From the IMG/VR virus record IMGVR_UViG_3300035696_000018, positions 32,001-96,000 of that record: DNA of 64,000 nucleotides; one strand, written 5' to 3'. The notes under the pieces are model-generated. The model did not search any database, was not told the origin of the DNA, and saw only the letters and a program-made list of their open reading frames with translations. The position numbers and the translations under genes were made by a program. Positions 31,156 to 40,992 of this stretch are shown in pieces (within the stretch, counting starts at the first letter, position 1; the number at the start of each line of letters is the position of its first letter). Source of the stretch: a virus.

Positions 31156-31455
31156 ATGCCAACTCCAGTAACCAGACCATCATTGACGACCACCCTCGAC
31201 GTTCGCTATGCACAGCAACATGCAGGTGGTGCATTCGACGTGAAACAAGTTCTCGGTAATCCGGGCACGGAACCCGCCGTTGGCGAAGTCATTGACGCCG
31301 CCAGCCAGCAAGGTGTCAACAACCAGAACCCGAACGGATTTCAAGTGAAAATGATGCCGCAGGTATCGCAACTCAAGGTTGTTCAACAGGGTGGTGCCGG
31401 AAACAACTATTCGACCTACGTGAAGGGACTCGACACCACGAAGTACCATCCGTAA
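31156..31455 (+). CDS. small hypothetical late protein
   Basis: ORF after TATTTATA with an AAGGA RBS-like sequence and biased codons. Confidence 0.55.
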   Translation: MPTPVTRPSLTTTLDVRYAQQHAGGAFDVKQVLGNPGTEPAVGEVIDAASQQGVNNQNPNGFQVKMMPQVSQLKVVQQGGAGNNYSTYVKGLDTTKYHP

Positions 31456-31484
31456 ACAACCCATCTATAAAAACTCTTTCAACG

Positions 31485-31517
31485 AAGTCCTCCCGATAGT
31501 TATAGGGAGGACTTTTT
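31485..31517 (+). promoter_or_regulatory. hairpin (terminator / RBS-sequestering) with late-promoter-like loop
   Basis: AAGTCCTCCC-GATAGTTATA-GGGAGGACTT followed by a T-run, directly before the HNH ATG. Confidence 0.65.
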
Positions 31518-31520
31518 GTT

Positions 31521-32078
31521 ATGAACCAGAATAAACACCGAAATAAACTGTTGGGTAAACGCTTTGGAAAACTCATCGTAGAAAAAATTGTAGGAGCCGA
31601 TAAACGCCACAATTCTATATGCCAGTGTCTTTGCGACTGTGGAAATAGAAAAAACGTTTTGTCATACAGGCTAAAAATTAAGCATACCAAAAGTTGCGGA
31701 TGCGAAAAGAACAAGCGGAGTCTTCGACCATATGAATGGCTATACCACCTACTTAAAATTTCGGCAAAGAGGACGGGTCGAAACGTTGATATGACGTTCC
31801 AAGAATTTTTGTCTTTTACTACGGTAAAAAACTGTCAATATTGTGGGGCGGAAATTGAATGGCCCCAATTCAATAAGAAGGGTGAAAATAAGTCTTATTA
31901 CTTGGACCGAAAAGATAATGATGATGGATATACAAAAAACAATTGTGTTGTTTGTTGTCGGCGGTGCAATTGGATAAAGGGAAATGAATTTACTTATAGT
32001 GAGATGCTCAAATTGGGGGAATCTGTCAGAGAAATATTGAATTCTCGCATCAAAACTAGGAATGGCTCCTATGTATAG
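31521..32078 (+). CDS. HNH-family homing endonuclease
   Basis: GKRFGKLIV..C.CDCGN..SCGC N-terminal domain; CQYCG..LDRKDN..GY...NCVVCCRRCN..K. Confidence 0.8.
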   Translation: MNQNKHRNKLLGKRFGKLIVEKIVGADKRHNSICQCLCDCGNRKNVLSYRLKIKHTKSCGCEKNKRSLRPYEWLYHLLKISAKRTGRNVDMTFQEFLSFTTVKNCQYCGAEIEWPQFNKKGENKSYYLDRKDNDDGYTKNNCVVCCRRCNWIKGNEFTYSEMLKLGESVREILNSRIKTRNGSYV

Positions 32079-32152
32079 CAGACGGCAACGAAGGGGTTTT
32101 CGTTGTACAACTCGTCACTAACGTTTGTTATGGAAAAAGGAAGTAACGAAAT

Positions 32153-32749
32153 ATGTCACTACAAGAAGTCAAAGTTTCACGAGAGGACGTACTGCAAATA
32201 GTACGTGATAACAAAGATAAACATGATGGTCTGCTTAAAACAGCCATCGAAGGTTACTGGATTGATGCGGAAGCCTTTTTGAAGAAATTCGAGAAGGAAG
32301 AGGTTGAAAAATACAACAAATCTCACAAGCAGCAACTCAAACAACTCCGAAAGAATCGCAAGGAGTATCTAAAGTCCCTCAAAACGAAAGTCAAGGAAGA
32401 CCTTGACCGTGTTAAGGACCGACCCCGAACCAAAGGGTTCAACTACTGGCGAGGCAATTTCCCAGAAGACCACGGGGATGACTACGTGGGCACAATCCGC
32501 CGATTGGAGTTGTCGGTGGAACCAGAACTCAAACTGGACACGCATGAATTTGATTCCTACATCTTGAACAGATGGACGTGGAAACAATCTTTCATCGCTT
32601 CCAATACGTCTTACATTAGCTCGTGGGCGACTGCTTCCTACAGCATGTCACCATGCTCCTTCGCAGTCAGTTCATCGTGGAGTAGTGGGTCGTGCATTGC
32701 TCCTAGCTATTACGGCACAGGCTCCGCAGTAATGCTGGCCAACTTCTAA
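32153..32749 (+). CDS. hypothetical protein with Ser-rich tail
   Basis: 198-aa ORF with phage-like codon usage. Confidence 0.55.
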   Translation: MSLQEVKVSREDVLQIVRDNKDKHDGLLKTAIEGYWIDAEAFLKKFEKEEVEKYNKSHKQQLKQLRKNRKEYLKSLKTKVKEDLDRVKDRPRTKGFNYWRGNFPEDHGDDYVGTIRRLELSVEPELKLDTHEFDSYILNRWTWKQSFIASNTSYISSWATASYSMSPCSFAVSSSWSSGSCIAPSYYGTGSAVMLANF

Positions 32750-32755
32750 GCATTT

Positions 32756-33256
32756 ATGGTCCTTGGCTTCGATGCATCAACAACATGTTGTGGGTGGGCC
32801 TACTGGAATGGTACGGTGATAGTAGATGCCGGGTTTATTGACTTGTCTAGGCTTGAAACGAACAAAGAAAAGGCTTTACACGTCATCTCCGTTCTGGAAA
32901 GCAATCCCAACATGCCGGTTACATCAACCATTAACCTTGAGGCTGCGTTGTCCGGGTTCATGGGAGGACGCACGAGCCAACAGACCATAATCAAGCTGGC
33001 GAGGTTCAATGCGGTGTTCGAATACATAATGTCCGAACACTGGAAGATTCCAGTCAACCTCGTTAGCGTTACAACTGCCCGCAAAAAAGTTTTCGGAAAG
33101 GCCAGAGTCAAAGGGTTTACAGGGAAAGAATACGTCCGTCAACAGATAGATTCTCGCTTCAATTACATCCACAAATTCGACAAGCTTAATACCCGAGGGG
33201 CGTGGGATGCTCACAATGAGGACGTTTACGACGCCGTGGTAATCGCAATGGCCTAA
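32756..33256 (+). CDS. RuvC-like Holliday junction resolvase
   Basis: VLGFDAST..CGWA, INLE, EDVYDAVVIA. Confidence 0.75.
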   Translation: MVLGFDASTTCCGWAYWNGTVIVDAGFIDLSRLETNKEKALHVISVLESNPNMPVTSTINLEAALSGFMGGRTSQQTIIKLARFNAVFEYIMSEHWKIPVNLVSVTTARKKVFGKARVKGFTGKEYVRQQIDSRFNYIHKFDKLNTRGAWDAHNEDVYDAVVIAMA

Positions 33257-33258
33257 CT

Positions 33259-33774
33259 ATGCCTTATAAAAATCCAGAAGACAAGCAGGAGTGCAAGCGA
33301 CGATACTACGCTCGCAATAAGCATAAAATTCTGTTCCATGCTCAAACCTACTACAAACAGAATAAAGAAGAAATTAAAGCGAGACAACGTAAGTACAACT
33401 TCACTGCCAAGGCCAAAATTTCGGAGAGGAATAGCCTGTTCCGAAAACATCATCCGTTCAAGGAGTTAATGAGGGCGGTGAATGCCAACTCGAAAAAACG
33501 TGGGCATCCCGAACGCATAGGCTATATGGATTTGTATAGGTTAGCCAAAAAACAGAAATGCCGGTGTGCTCTGACGGGTGATAAGCTGACCAGAGACAAC
33601 ATTTCTGTGGACCACATTACCCCACTTTCTAAGGGCGGAAATAACGTAGTGGAAAATCTCCGACTTGTCACGTACGACGTGAATATTGTGAAAAATTCCT
33701 TGAGTGATTTAGAGTTCCTGACGATATGTAAGAATGTAGTGAGACACAATGAAAACCATACGGATAACCTGTGA
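33259..33774 (+). CDS. HNH endonuclease
   Basis: CALTG..SVDHITPLSKGG.N..ENLRLV...VN..K. Confidence 0.8.
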   Translation: MPYKNPEDKQECKRRYYARNKHKILFHAQTYYKQNKEEIKARQRKYNFTAKAKISERNSLFRKHHPFKELMRAVNANSKKRGHPERIGYMDLYRLAKKQKCRCALTGDKLTRDNISVDHITPLSKGGNNVVENLRLVTYDVNIVKNSLSDLEFLTICKNVVRHNENHTDNL

Positions 33775-33988
33775 CCGATGCGGTCAAGAAGTCGAGGGCG
33801 TGCTCGACCAGTGTAAGTCCACAGGAGTTATTGTCACAGGTGGTTACTACATCGTAGCCGAGGGGAATTGGCAAGAGTTTCAACGGGATGATGAGGAATA
33901 CGTTTGCGATGATTGTATGCACTCCGACCCCAAATACATTGCCATCTACGGCGACTTGAAAGCCAAGCGGGTTGACTCTCCAAAGTGA
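33749..33988 (+). CDS. small zinc-ribbon protein
   Basis: CDRC...CDDC. Confidence 0.55.
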   Translation: MKTIRITCDRCGQEVEGVLDQCKSTGVIVTGGYYIVAEGNWQEFQRDDEEYVCDDCMHSDPKYIAIYGDLKAKRVDSPK

Positions 33989-34365
33989 AACCAGGGTTTC
34001 TATACATTGTTACGAACGAAGCCTTCCCTGGATGGGTAAAAGTGGGAACCACTTGGAATCTCGTTGACCGTCTCCACACTTACCAAACAGGAGACCCCTT
34101 CCGCCGTTATCGCCTCGTTTATTGGCTTCAACACCCAGAGTTCCGTCAAGCCGAGAAGAAAATCAAAGAGGTCATGAAGCATTTCGCCTTGTCCATCAAG
34201 GGGGAATGGTATGAAATTGACCTTGACATGGCTAAAAGCCGCCTTGACGAGCAGCTTGAGGATTACAACAGTTTCATGCCTCCGTTAAAAAAAGTTGAGT
34301 TTGACCCCGATTTAAGTTATGCTATCGGGGATGATGGTACAATCCGAACTGGTAGCAATCTTTAA
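33985..34365 (+). CDS. T5orf172-type GIY-YIG protein
   Basis: GFLYI..WVKVG.T..RL..YQTG.P..EWY. Confidence 0.75.
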   Translation: MKPGFLYIVTNEAFPGWVKVGTTWNLVDRLHTYQTGDPFRRYRLVYWLQHPEFRQAEKKIKEVMKHFALSIKGEWYEIDLDMAKSRLDEQLEDYNSFMPPLKKVEFDPDLSYAIGDDGTIRTGSNL

Positions 34366-35284
34366 CGAGTTGCTTGGGCAGCAAGCCCGTCTCCGCAAGG
34401 GAGGCATTCAGGCCACGTACCATTGCCCGTTTTGTGCGGACAAGAATCTTGTAACTCATAAGTTGGAACTCGCCTTGGGAGGTCCACGTATTGGCTCATA
34501 TCACTGTTGGCGATGCGACACGAAAGGAGCTACGTTTGGGAGTTTGTTAAAGAAACTCCAAGCCCCGCAAGGTTACAGAGAAGCGATTTTCAAACTGACT
34601 GGTGACATTCGACTCGCCCGATACCAAAAGTCTTCCGACCAATCCTACCTCAGCTTGCCATCGGAGTTCCACCCGATGCACAAGCCCAAGAGCACCCCAG
34701 AATATAAGAATGCATTGGCATACTTAAAAAAACGTGGAATCACCCGTGAGGACATACTTAGGTACAATATCGGGTACTGCGAAGGCGGCGAGTACGACCA
34801 GCACGTTATCGTACCATCATACGATGCGAAGGGTGCTCTCAACTTTTTCATTGGCCGACGTTACTACGTTGATGACCCAGGAATACCACACAAAAAGCCC
34901 GATGTCTCAATGGATATTGTCGGATTTGAAAGTTTTGTCAACTACCATGAACCGCTTAATCTCTGTGAGGGCGTCTTTGACGCAATGGCAATTCGCAACA
35001 ATGCCATCCCTCTGTTTGGCAAATATCCATCACCAACTCTCAGAGCCAACATGAACCTGTTCCACGTTCGGCGTGTTAACGTCGTTCTGGATTGGGATGC
35101 CGAAGCAGATTCAATAAAGATGTACAAACGATTGCGTAGAGAAGTTCCATCCGTCGAGATTCATATCGTGAAACTTGATGGCAAAGACCCCTCCAAGCTA
35201 GGGTTCATCCATACGCATACACTCATTCGAAATTCCCCCGAGTTTGACGAAAGCGACCTTTTGAGATACGAATTGCAACTATGA
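34331..35284 (+). CDS. DNA primase (Zn finger + TOPRIM)
   Basis: CPFC..HCWRC; YLKKRGI; CEGVFDAM; LDWD; KDP. Confidence 0.8.
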   Translation: MMVQSELVAIFNELLGQQARLRKGGIQATYHCPFCADKNLVTHKLELALGGPRIGSYHCWRCDTKGATFGSLLKKLQAPQGYREAIFKLTGDIRLARYQKSSDQSYLSLPSEFHPMHKPKSTPEYKNALAYLKKRGITREDILRYNIGYCEGGEYDQHVIVPSYDAKGALNFFIGRRYYVDDPGIPHKKPDVSMDIVGFESFVNYHEPLNLCEGVFDAMAIRNNAIPLFGKYPSPTLRANMNLFHVRRVNVVLDWDAEADSIKMYKRLRREVPSVEIHIVKLDGKDPSKLGFIHTHTLIRNSPEFDESDLLRYELQL

Positions 35285-38200
35285 TAAACATCATCAAAAC
35301 CAAGATTGAGAAGTTCACTCACGTTCTGCAAATTGCAGACATCCACATTCGACTGACGAAGCGGCACGACGAGTTCAAGGAAGTTTTTGCCAACCTGTAC
35401 GAAGAAATCAAGAAGACCCCCGAGACTACGGCAGTCGTCCTTGTCGGAGACGTATTCCACTCCAAGAGTGACTTGACGCCCGAGTGCGTTCAAATGGCCT
35501 CCGACCTATTCAGCGGAATCGCTGCCATTCGTCCGTTAGTCCTCGTTGCTGGAAACCACGATGCCACACTGTCGAACAAGAGTCGTCTGGACAGTCTAAC
35601 TCCCATTGTGGATGCTATCAACAACCCCAATATTCACTATCTCAAGACCACGGGTCTTTATGGGATGGCGAATATCTTGTTCAACAACATGGGGGTGTTT
35701 GATGCCCCCGAACATTACATTCGTGGGGACACCATCCCAGAAATCTATCGTAACCAATACGAACACATAATTGCTCTATTCCACGGGGCAGTTGACCGTG
35801 CGGCATTGGATACGGGGTATTCGATTAGCAACCCCGCCATCATGAATCCGTTGTTCGATTACAATGACATGGCGATGCTTGGGGACATTCACAAGCGTCA
35901 AGACATGCAGGACTACGATGAAATGACTCATAAGCCTTGCATTCACTATGTCGGTTCGATGATTCAACAGAACCACGGCGAGGATTTGGATGGGCATGGC
36001 TACTCTCTGTGGGACTTGAAAACACGCAAGTATGAGTTCCACGAGTTGAAGAATGACTTCGGGTACTTCACCATTGATATTCAGAAAGGGCAACTCACAA
36101 CCGATTTGGCGAAGCTTCCCAAGAAGGTGCGTCTCCGCATGAAGTGCTACGAGAGCATTGCCTCGGAAGTCAAAAAGGTCTTGGCGGAAATCAAGATGAA
36201 GACGCAAGTCGTCGAGACTGCTTATGTCCGAATGGACCAAGAGCGGGACAAAAAGGACATCATTCCTCTCTGCAAAGACATTGTTCTGTCTGACTTGACG
36301 AGCATTGACTATCAAGAAAAGTTGCTGATTGAGTTTCTGACCAAGAAACTTGACATCACAGACCAGACGAAGATTGATTCCATTCTCAAGATTAACAAGG
36401 CGACGAACCAACTCATTAAGCGAGACGAGTTTGCTCGCAATTTGAGATGGAAGCCCATCCGATTTGAGTGGGACAATATGTTCACGTATGGTGAAGGCAA
36501 TGTCATTGACTTCTCCAATATGGCGGGAGTTTATGGCATCTTCGGGCCGAATAGGTGTGGTAAGTCGAGCATCTTATCCGCTCTTATCTTCTGCTTATTC
36601 GACAAGTTCGACCGTGGGTATAAGGGGCTTCATGTTCTCAATGTTCAGAAATCCACTTTCCGATGCAAACTCGAATTTGAGATTTCGGGCGTTCGATATT
36701 TCATCGAACGCAACGGGAACACGACTCGTTCAGGCAACGTCAAAGTGGACGTGAGGTTCTGGAAGGTCGTCAATGGGGTTGAGGAAGACCTTCAAGGTTC
36801 GGCACGACGAGATACCAATGACATCATTCGTGACTATATTGGTTCGTATGAAGACTTCATCATCACGGCTGCATCATTCCAGAGTGCCAAGAACCTCAGC
36901 AACTTCATTGACATGGGAAATAGTGAGCGTAAGGACTTGCTCGTGCAGTTCATTGGCCTGAACGTCTTTGACCGTTTGGATGAATCTGGTCGTGAGCGTA
37001 GCCGAGAGTTGGCTGCGGTTCTCAAGACGCACAAGGATAAGAACTATCAACTCGAAATCGAGCAAAACAAGAATGCGTTGGCACACGCCGAATCCATGTT
37101 TGCTTCCGCCAATGACCAAGCGGAAAGTTTGAAGTCTCAAATCGTAGCGGTCAACGAGCAAATCATCGCCGAGAGTGCGAATCTTATCAAGCTAGACACC
37201 AGCGTCCCCACGGACTTGCAGACGTTGCAGACCCGAAGGGAAACCGCCGAGAAGACCATCGAAGCCAAGCACAAGACCATAACGGAAACCCGTGAAGCAA
37301 ACGCCGCTCGGGAAAAGAAACTGGCCGAGATTGAGGAAGAAATCGTCAAGTTGGAGAAGCAAGACCTTGTGGAATCTCACAAAAAGTATAAGGAAATCTC
37401 CGACAAGATTTCCGCCATGAAGCAGAAGATTGAACTCAAAAAAGTAGAAGTCAAAGGAAAGATTGAGAAGGTGGACCGACTCAAAACCCATAAATTCGAC
37501 CCCAACTGCCGATTCTGTGTTGAGAACCAGTTTGTCAAGGACGCCTACAAAGCCAAGGATGAACTCGTTGCGGACAAGAAAGAGACCGATGGTCTGATGG
37601 CGGGTCTTATTGACCTTCGTAAAGACCTTGACGTTTACAAGTGGGTCGAGACCGCTTATGAAAAATACACCAAGCTTCTGACTGACCGTGGAAATCTCCG
37701 AGAGGAATGCCAGAAAGGCAGCAAGCAAATCATCATCATTACCAACGAACTTGAACGTTTGGATTCCGCCTTTAAGGATGTCGTGTCGAAAATTGACATC
37801 TACCACCGCAACGAAGTGGCCGTAGAGAACAATGCCAAAGTTCAATCGAAAATCAATGCGTTCAAGGTTGCTCTTGGGAAATTGGACGTTGCTCTCCAGA
37901 AGCAAAATCAAGTGCTTATGGACATTTCTGGAAAGAAAGAACTGTTCCGCAGCACCGTAGAGACGGTCACAAAGACTCTCAACGAAGTCACGGCGATGGA
38001 AGACGAGTTGGATTCCTATACACAATACCTTGCCGCCGTGGGACGTGATGGTATCCCTTATCAAGTCATCTGCAACACCGTTCCCGAGATTGAAAAGGAA
38101 GTCAATTCCATCCTCAGCCAAGTGGTGGACTACACCATCCAATTCGAGACCGATGGCAAGAACGTTGTGCCCTATGTGGCATATGAGCATGGCCGATGGC

Positions 38201-38487
38201 CGATTGAATTGACCTCTGGGTTTGAGCGATTCGTGGCAAGCGTAGCCATTCGAGTGGCTTTGACAAACATTTCCAATCTCCCGAAGTGTAGTTTTCTTGC
38301 AATTGATGAAGGTTGGGCGACGTTGGACGCCGAAAATCTGGCATCTATGTCAACCCTATTCTCGGCGTTGAAAAACAATTACGACTTCGTGCTCGTCATA
38401 AGTCATATTGACAGCATCAAGGATATGGTGGATAAGACTATAGAAATCACTCATGATGGGGCGATTGCAAAAGTGGTGTTTGAGTAA
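35281..38487 (+). CDS. fused Mre11/SbcD nuclease - Rad50/SbcC ATPase (gp47-gp46-like)
   Basis: ADIH, GDVFH, GNHD, LGDIH nuclease motifs; Walker A GPNRCGKS; Zn hook CRFC; SGFE signature; Walker B AIDEG; H-loop ISH. Confidence 0.9.
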   Translation: MINIIKTKIEKFTHVLQIADIHIRLTKRHDEFKEVFANLYEEIKKTPETTAVVLVGDVFHSKSDLTPECVQMASDLFSGIAAIRPLVLVAGNHDATLSNKSRLDSLTPIVDAINNPNIHYLKTTGLYGMANILFNNMGVFDAPEHYIRGDTIPEIYRNQYEHIIALFHGAVDRAALDTGYSISNPAIMNPLFDYNDMAMLGDIHKRQDMQDYDEMTHKPCIHYVGSMIQQNHGEDLDGHGYSLWDLKTRKYEFHELKNDFGYFTIDIQKGQLTTDLAKLPKKVRLRMKCYESIASEVKKVLAEIKMKTQVVETAYVRMDQERDKKDIIPLCKDIVLSDLTSIDYQEKLLIEFLTKKLDITDQTKIDSILKINKATNQLIKRDEFARNLRWKPIRFEWDNMFTYGEGNVIDFSNMAGVYGIFGPNRCGKSSILSALIFCLFDKFDRGYKGLHVLNVQKSTFRCKLEFEISGVRYFIERNGNTTRSGNVKVDVRFWKVVNGVEEDLQGSARRDTNDIIRDYIGSYEDFIITAASFQSAKNLSNFIDMGNSERKDLLVQFIGLNVFDRLDESGRERSRELAAVLKTHKDKNYQLEIEQNKNALAHAESMFASANDQAESLKSQIVAVNEQIIAESANLIKLDTSVPTDLQTLQTRRETAEKTIEAKHKTITETREANAAREKKLAEIEEEIVKLEKQDLVESHKKYKEISDKISAMKQKIELKKVEVKGKIEKVDRLKTHKFDPNCRFCVENQFVKDAYKAKDELVADKKETDGLMAGLIDLRKDLDVYKWVETAYEKYTKLLTDRGNLREECQKGSKQIIIITNELERLDSAFKDVVSKIDIYHRNEVAVENNAKVQSKINAFKVALGKLDVALQKQNQVLMDISGKKELFRSTVETVTKTLNEVTAMEDELDSYTQYLAAVGRDGIPYQVICNTVPEIEKEVNSILSQVVDYTIQFETDGKNVVPYVAYEHGRWPIELTSGFERFVASVAIRVALTNISNLPKCSFLAIDEGWATLDAENLASMSTLFSALKNNYDFVLVISHIDSIKDMVDKTIEITHDGAIAKVVFE

Positions 38488-38537
38488 AATATTCTCACTT
38501 TTATGTTATTACATCTATATTTATAGGAGGACCACTT

Positions 38538-38696
38538 ATGGGTCGAAAACGAAAATACTTTACCGAGGAAGAAATAGATGAATGCAACCGAGCAAAAGCC
38601 AGACGTTATTACGAGCGGCACAGGAAAGAAATCCTGCGGAAACGAATGCGAAAGTACTGGGAGTCGGTGGACAAAGGAGTGTCCAAGATGCCATAG
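38538..38696 (+). CDS. small basic protein (52 aa) overlapping the homing endonuclease in another frame
   Basis: TATTTATA + GGAGG + ATG; MGRKRKYFTEEEIDECNRAKARRYYERHRKEILRK... Confidence 0.5.
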   Translation: MGRKRKYFTEEEIDECNRAKARRYYERHRKEILRKRMRKYWESVDKGVSKMP

Positions 38697-39450
38697 GATA
38701 CAGACATATTCCAACAAATGGAAACTCCAACGTGCCGTCGAATCCAATACTAAATGCTTCAAGTGTTGCAACGCCATAGTTCTCGACCAAGAGTTTTATT
38801 ATAGGAATTGTCCTCAATGTGGTCGTCAGATAAAACTCAAAGACAAATTTCGATTTTACGAGGGGCAACGGAAAAACTTGAAGTGCCCAAGATGCCGTCA
38901 TCTTGGGATAAAAATGCCAGAGTCAGCGAAGAAAAGACTTTCCGAGTTGGCATTACAGCGTGGTGGACATCCGCACACCGATGCCCATAAAACGAAAATT
39001 CGTGGTAGTGGAAACCCCATGTATGGGGTCCATAGATATGACAATCTCAATCCCTTCTATGGCAAGCGACACAACGAAGACGCCCGCCGACGAATGCGTG
39101 TCGCAGCGTGCTTGCGAGTTATCGCACTACAGCGGAGCAACAACGGGAGGGTCAACAATGTCGGGAAGCGAGAGGGTGCCTATTTCTCGCAGTTGGAGCA
39201 GGAAATGGGCTGGAACGGAGTGTACTTCGCCAAATGCGGCAGTCAGCACTTCGTTGACCACGTAGGATATTTCGTTGACTACTACGAGCCGTACTACAAC
39301 ATCGTGGTGGAATACGACGAACCACGACATTACAAGAATGGTATGCTTAAAGAGCGAGATATTCGGAGGATGGAGCAAATCCACGAGCATATGGACTGCC
39401 AGTTTTTTCGGTACAATGCCTACGGGAAAGAGTTAACCAGATTTTTTTAA
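38578..39450 (+). CDS. homing endonuclease (CxxC ribbons, NUMOD3, PD-(D/E)xK-like), paralog of 1985..2896; start uncertain
   Basis: NPFYGKRHNEDARRRM; FVDYYE..IVVEYDEPRH..DIRR. Confidence 0.75.
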   Translation: MNATEQKPDVITSGTGKKSCGNECESTGSRWTKECPRCHRIQTYSNKWKLQRAVESNTKCFKCCNAIVLDQEFYYRNCPQCGRQIKLKDKFRFYEGQRKNLKCPRCRHLGIKMPESAKKRLSELALQRGGHPHTDAHKTKIRGSGNPMYGVHRYDNLNPFYGKRHNEDARRRMRVAACLRVIALQRSNNGRVNNVGKREGAYFSQLEQEMGWNGVYFAKCGSQHFVDHVGYFVDYYEPYYNIVVEYDEPRHYKNGMLKERDIRRMEQIHEHMDCQFFRYNAYGKELTRFF

Positions 39451-39457
39451 TGGGGAC

Positions 39458-39486
39458 TTGACACGGAGCGGGGTGCGTGGTAATAT
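39458..39486 (+). promoter_or_regulatory. sigma70 promoter, probably leaderless
   Basis: TTGACA-17 bp-TAATAT, with ATG 6 nt downstream. Confidence 0.7.
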
Positions 39487-39492
39487 GCCATC

Positions 39493-39993
39493 ATGAAAAA
39501 GACCAAATTCTGTAATCGTTGTGGGCTGGAAAAGCCCGAAACTCATTTTAGCCCCAACCGTCACTGCTTATCGGGCGTTACCAGACGTGCCTATTGCATG
39601 GACTGCGAATCAAAAAAGATTCCTGTCAACAAATCCCAACTCACGTTGTTTGAAGTGACATTTCCGAGACCAGACTACGGAGAGTTGTTTTCGTGCCCGC
39701 TTTGCCTTCTTGCCCGACCCAAACGCAATCCCACGGACGTTTGCCTTGACCATAGCCCTCTTAACGGAAACGTTCGGGGATGGTTGTGCAATACCTGCAA
39801 CACCAATAACGGAAAGTGGTCGCAGGACCAAATGATTCGGGCGATTGCCTATGGGATTCTCCACGAGAAGAAGAACTCGCCGTGGACCGCCGAAGGGTGT
39901 AACCAGTTGGGAAACCTCAATCGCCTTTCATCATTACTTTCCGATTCTATTAACACTGCCGTAACATCATACCTCAATCCTACTCCTGCCTAA
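39493..39993 (+). CDS. endonuclease VII-like nuclease
   Basis: CPLC..VCLDHS..G.VRGWLCNTCN..NG. Confidence 0.75.
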   Translation: MKKTKFCNRCGLEKPETHFSPNRHCLSGVTRRAYCMDCESKKIPVNKSQLTLFEVTFPRPDYGELFSCPLCLLARPKRNPTDVCLDHSPLNGNVRGWLCNTCNTNNGKWSQDQMIRAIAYGILHEKKNSPWTAEGCNQLGNLNRLSSLLSDSINTAVTSYLNPTPA

Positions 39994-39994
39994 T

Positions 39995-40957
39995 ATGGCA
40001 ACCAAACTCAAACTGAATACGGTTTATAACGAGGACTGTTTGCAGACAATGGACCGCATGGAGGATGACTCCGTGGATTTGACGGTCACATCCCCGCCGT
40101 ATGATGATAGACGGTCATACGATGCCTTAATCAAGGGATTGAAACCAGAGTTTAATGGGTATTCGTTTCCGTTTGAGAAAATTGCGAAAGAACTCTATCG
40201 GGTCACAAAACCCGGTGGAGTTGTTGTGTGGATTGTCGCCGACGCCACGGTTGGAGGGAGCGAGACAGGGAATTCGTTTCGTCAGGCTCTATTCTTCAAG
40301 GAATGTGGATTCTGTCTTCACGATACGATGGTATATCAGAAGCCTCCCCGAGGGGCACAAGGAAATAACCACGGGTATTGGCAGGTGTGGGAGTATATGT
40401 TTGTCCTCAGTAAAGGACGCCCGAAGACTATTAACCTAATTAAAGACCGAAAGAATCGGGAGGCAAGAATGGGTGATAACGGGACAAAACGATTGCGTAA
40501 TGGAGAATTGCAGAAGACAAAACGAGGCGGATATGACGAGTTTGGTCGGAGGACCAACGTATGGTATTACATAACTGGGAAGGGGCATTCGGCAAGCGAT
40601 GATATAGCATCCAAACACCCAGCACCATTTCCCGAGAAATTGGCACAGGACCACATTCTGTCATGGTCCAATGAAGGAGATTTGGTTTATGACCCGTTTA
40701 TGGGAGGGGGCACAACAGCAAAGATGTGCATTCTGACGGGTAGAAAATGGGTGGGAAGCGAACTGATGGAAAAATTCTACAAGGTTTCCCAAGAGCGAGT
40801 AGCAGAAGGTTTGAAGGTTGCTAAAGCGAATGAAGCCAACAAAAAGAAATTGGCGGTGATTGAGCATAGTAACGAGGAAAATGGATTTGCTGATATGGGA
40901 GACGAGCGTCCCGTGGATGACGACGAAACGTGGGATATAGCCGCAATGGCAAAGTAA
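39995..40957 (+). CDS. N4-cytosine/N6-adenine DNA methyltransferase (beta class)
   Basis: VTSPPY catalytic motif precedes HPAPFP and DPFMGGGTT. Confidence 0.9.
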   Translation: MATKLKLNTVYNEDCLQTMDRMEDDSVDLTVTSPPYDDRRSYDALIKGLKPEFNGYSFPFEKIAKELYRVTKPGGVVVWIVADATVGGSETGNSFRQALFFKECGFCLHDTMVYQKPPRGAQGNNHGYWQVWEYMFVLSKGRPKTINLIKDRKNREARMGDNGTKRLRNGELQKTKRGGYDEFGRRTNVWYYITGKGHSASDDIASKHPAPFPEKLAQDHILSWSNEGDLVYDPFMGGGTTAKMCILTGRKWVGSELMEKFYKVSQERVAEGLKVAKANEANKKKLAVIEHSNEENGFADMGDERPVDDDETWDIAAMAK

Positions 40958-40966
40958 CTTCAATCT

Positions 40967-40992
40967 GGCGGGACTTCGGTCCCGCCTTTTTT
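40967..40992 (+). terminator. Rho-independent terminator with UUCG tetraloop
   Basis: GGCGGGAC-TTCG-GTCCCGCC-TTTTTT. Confidence 0.9.
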
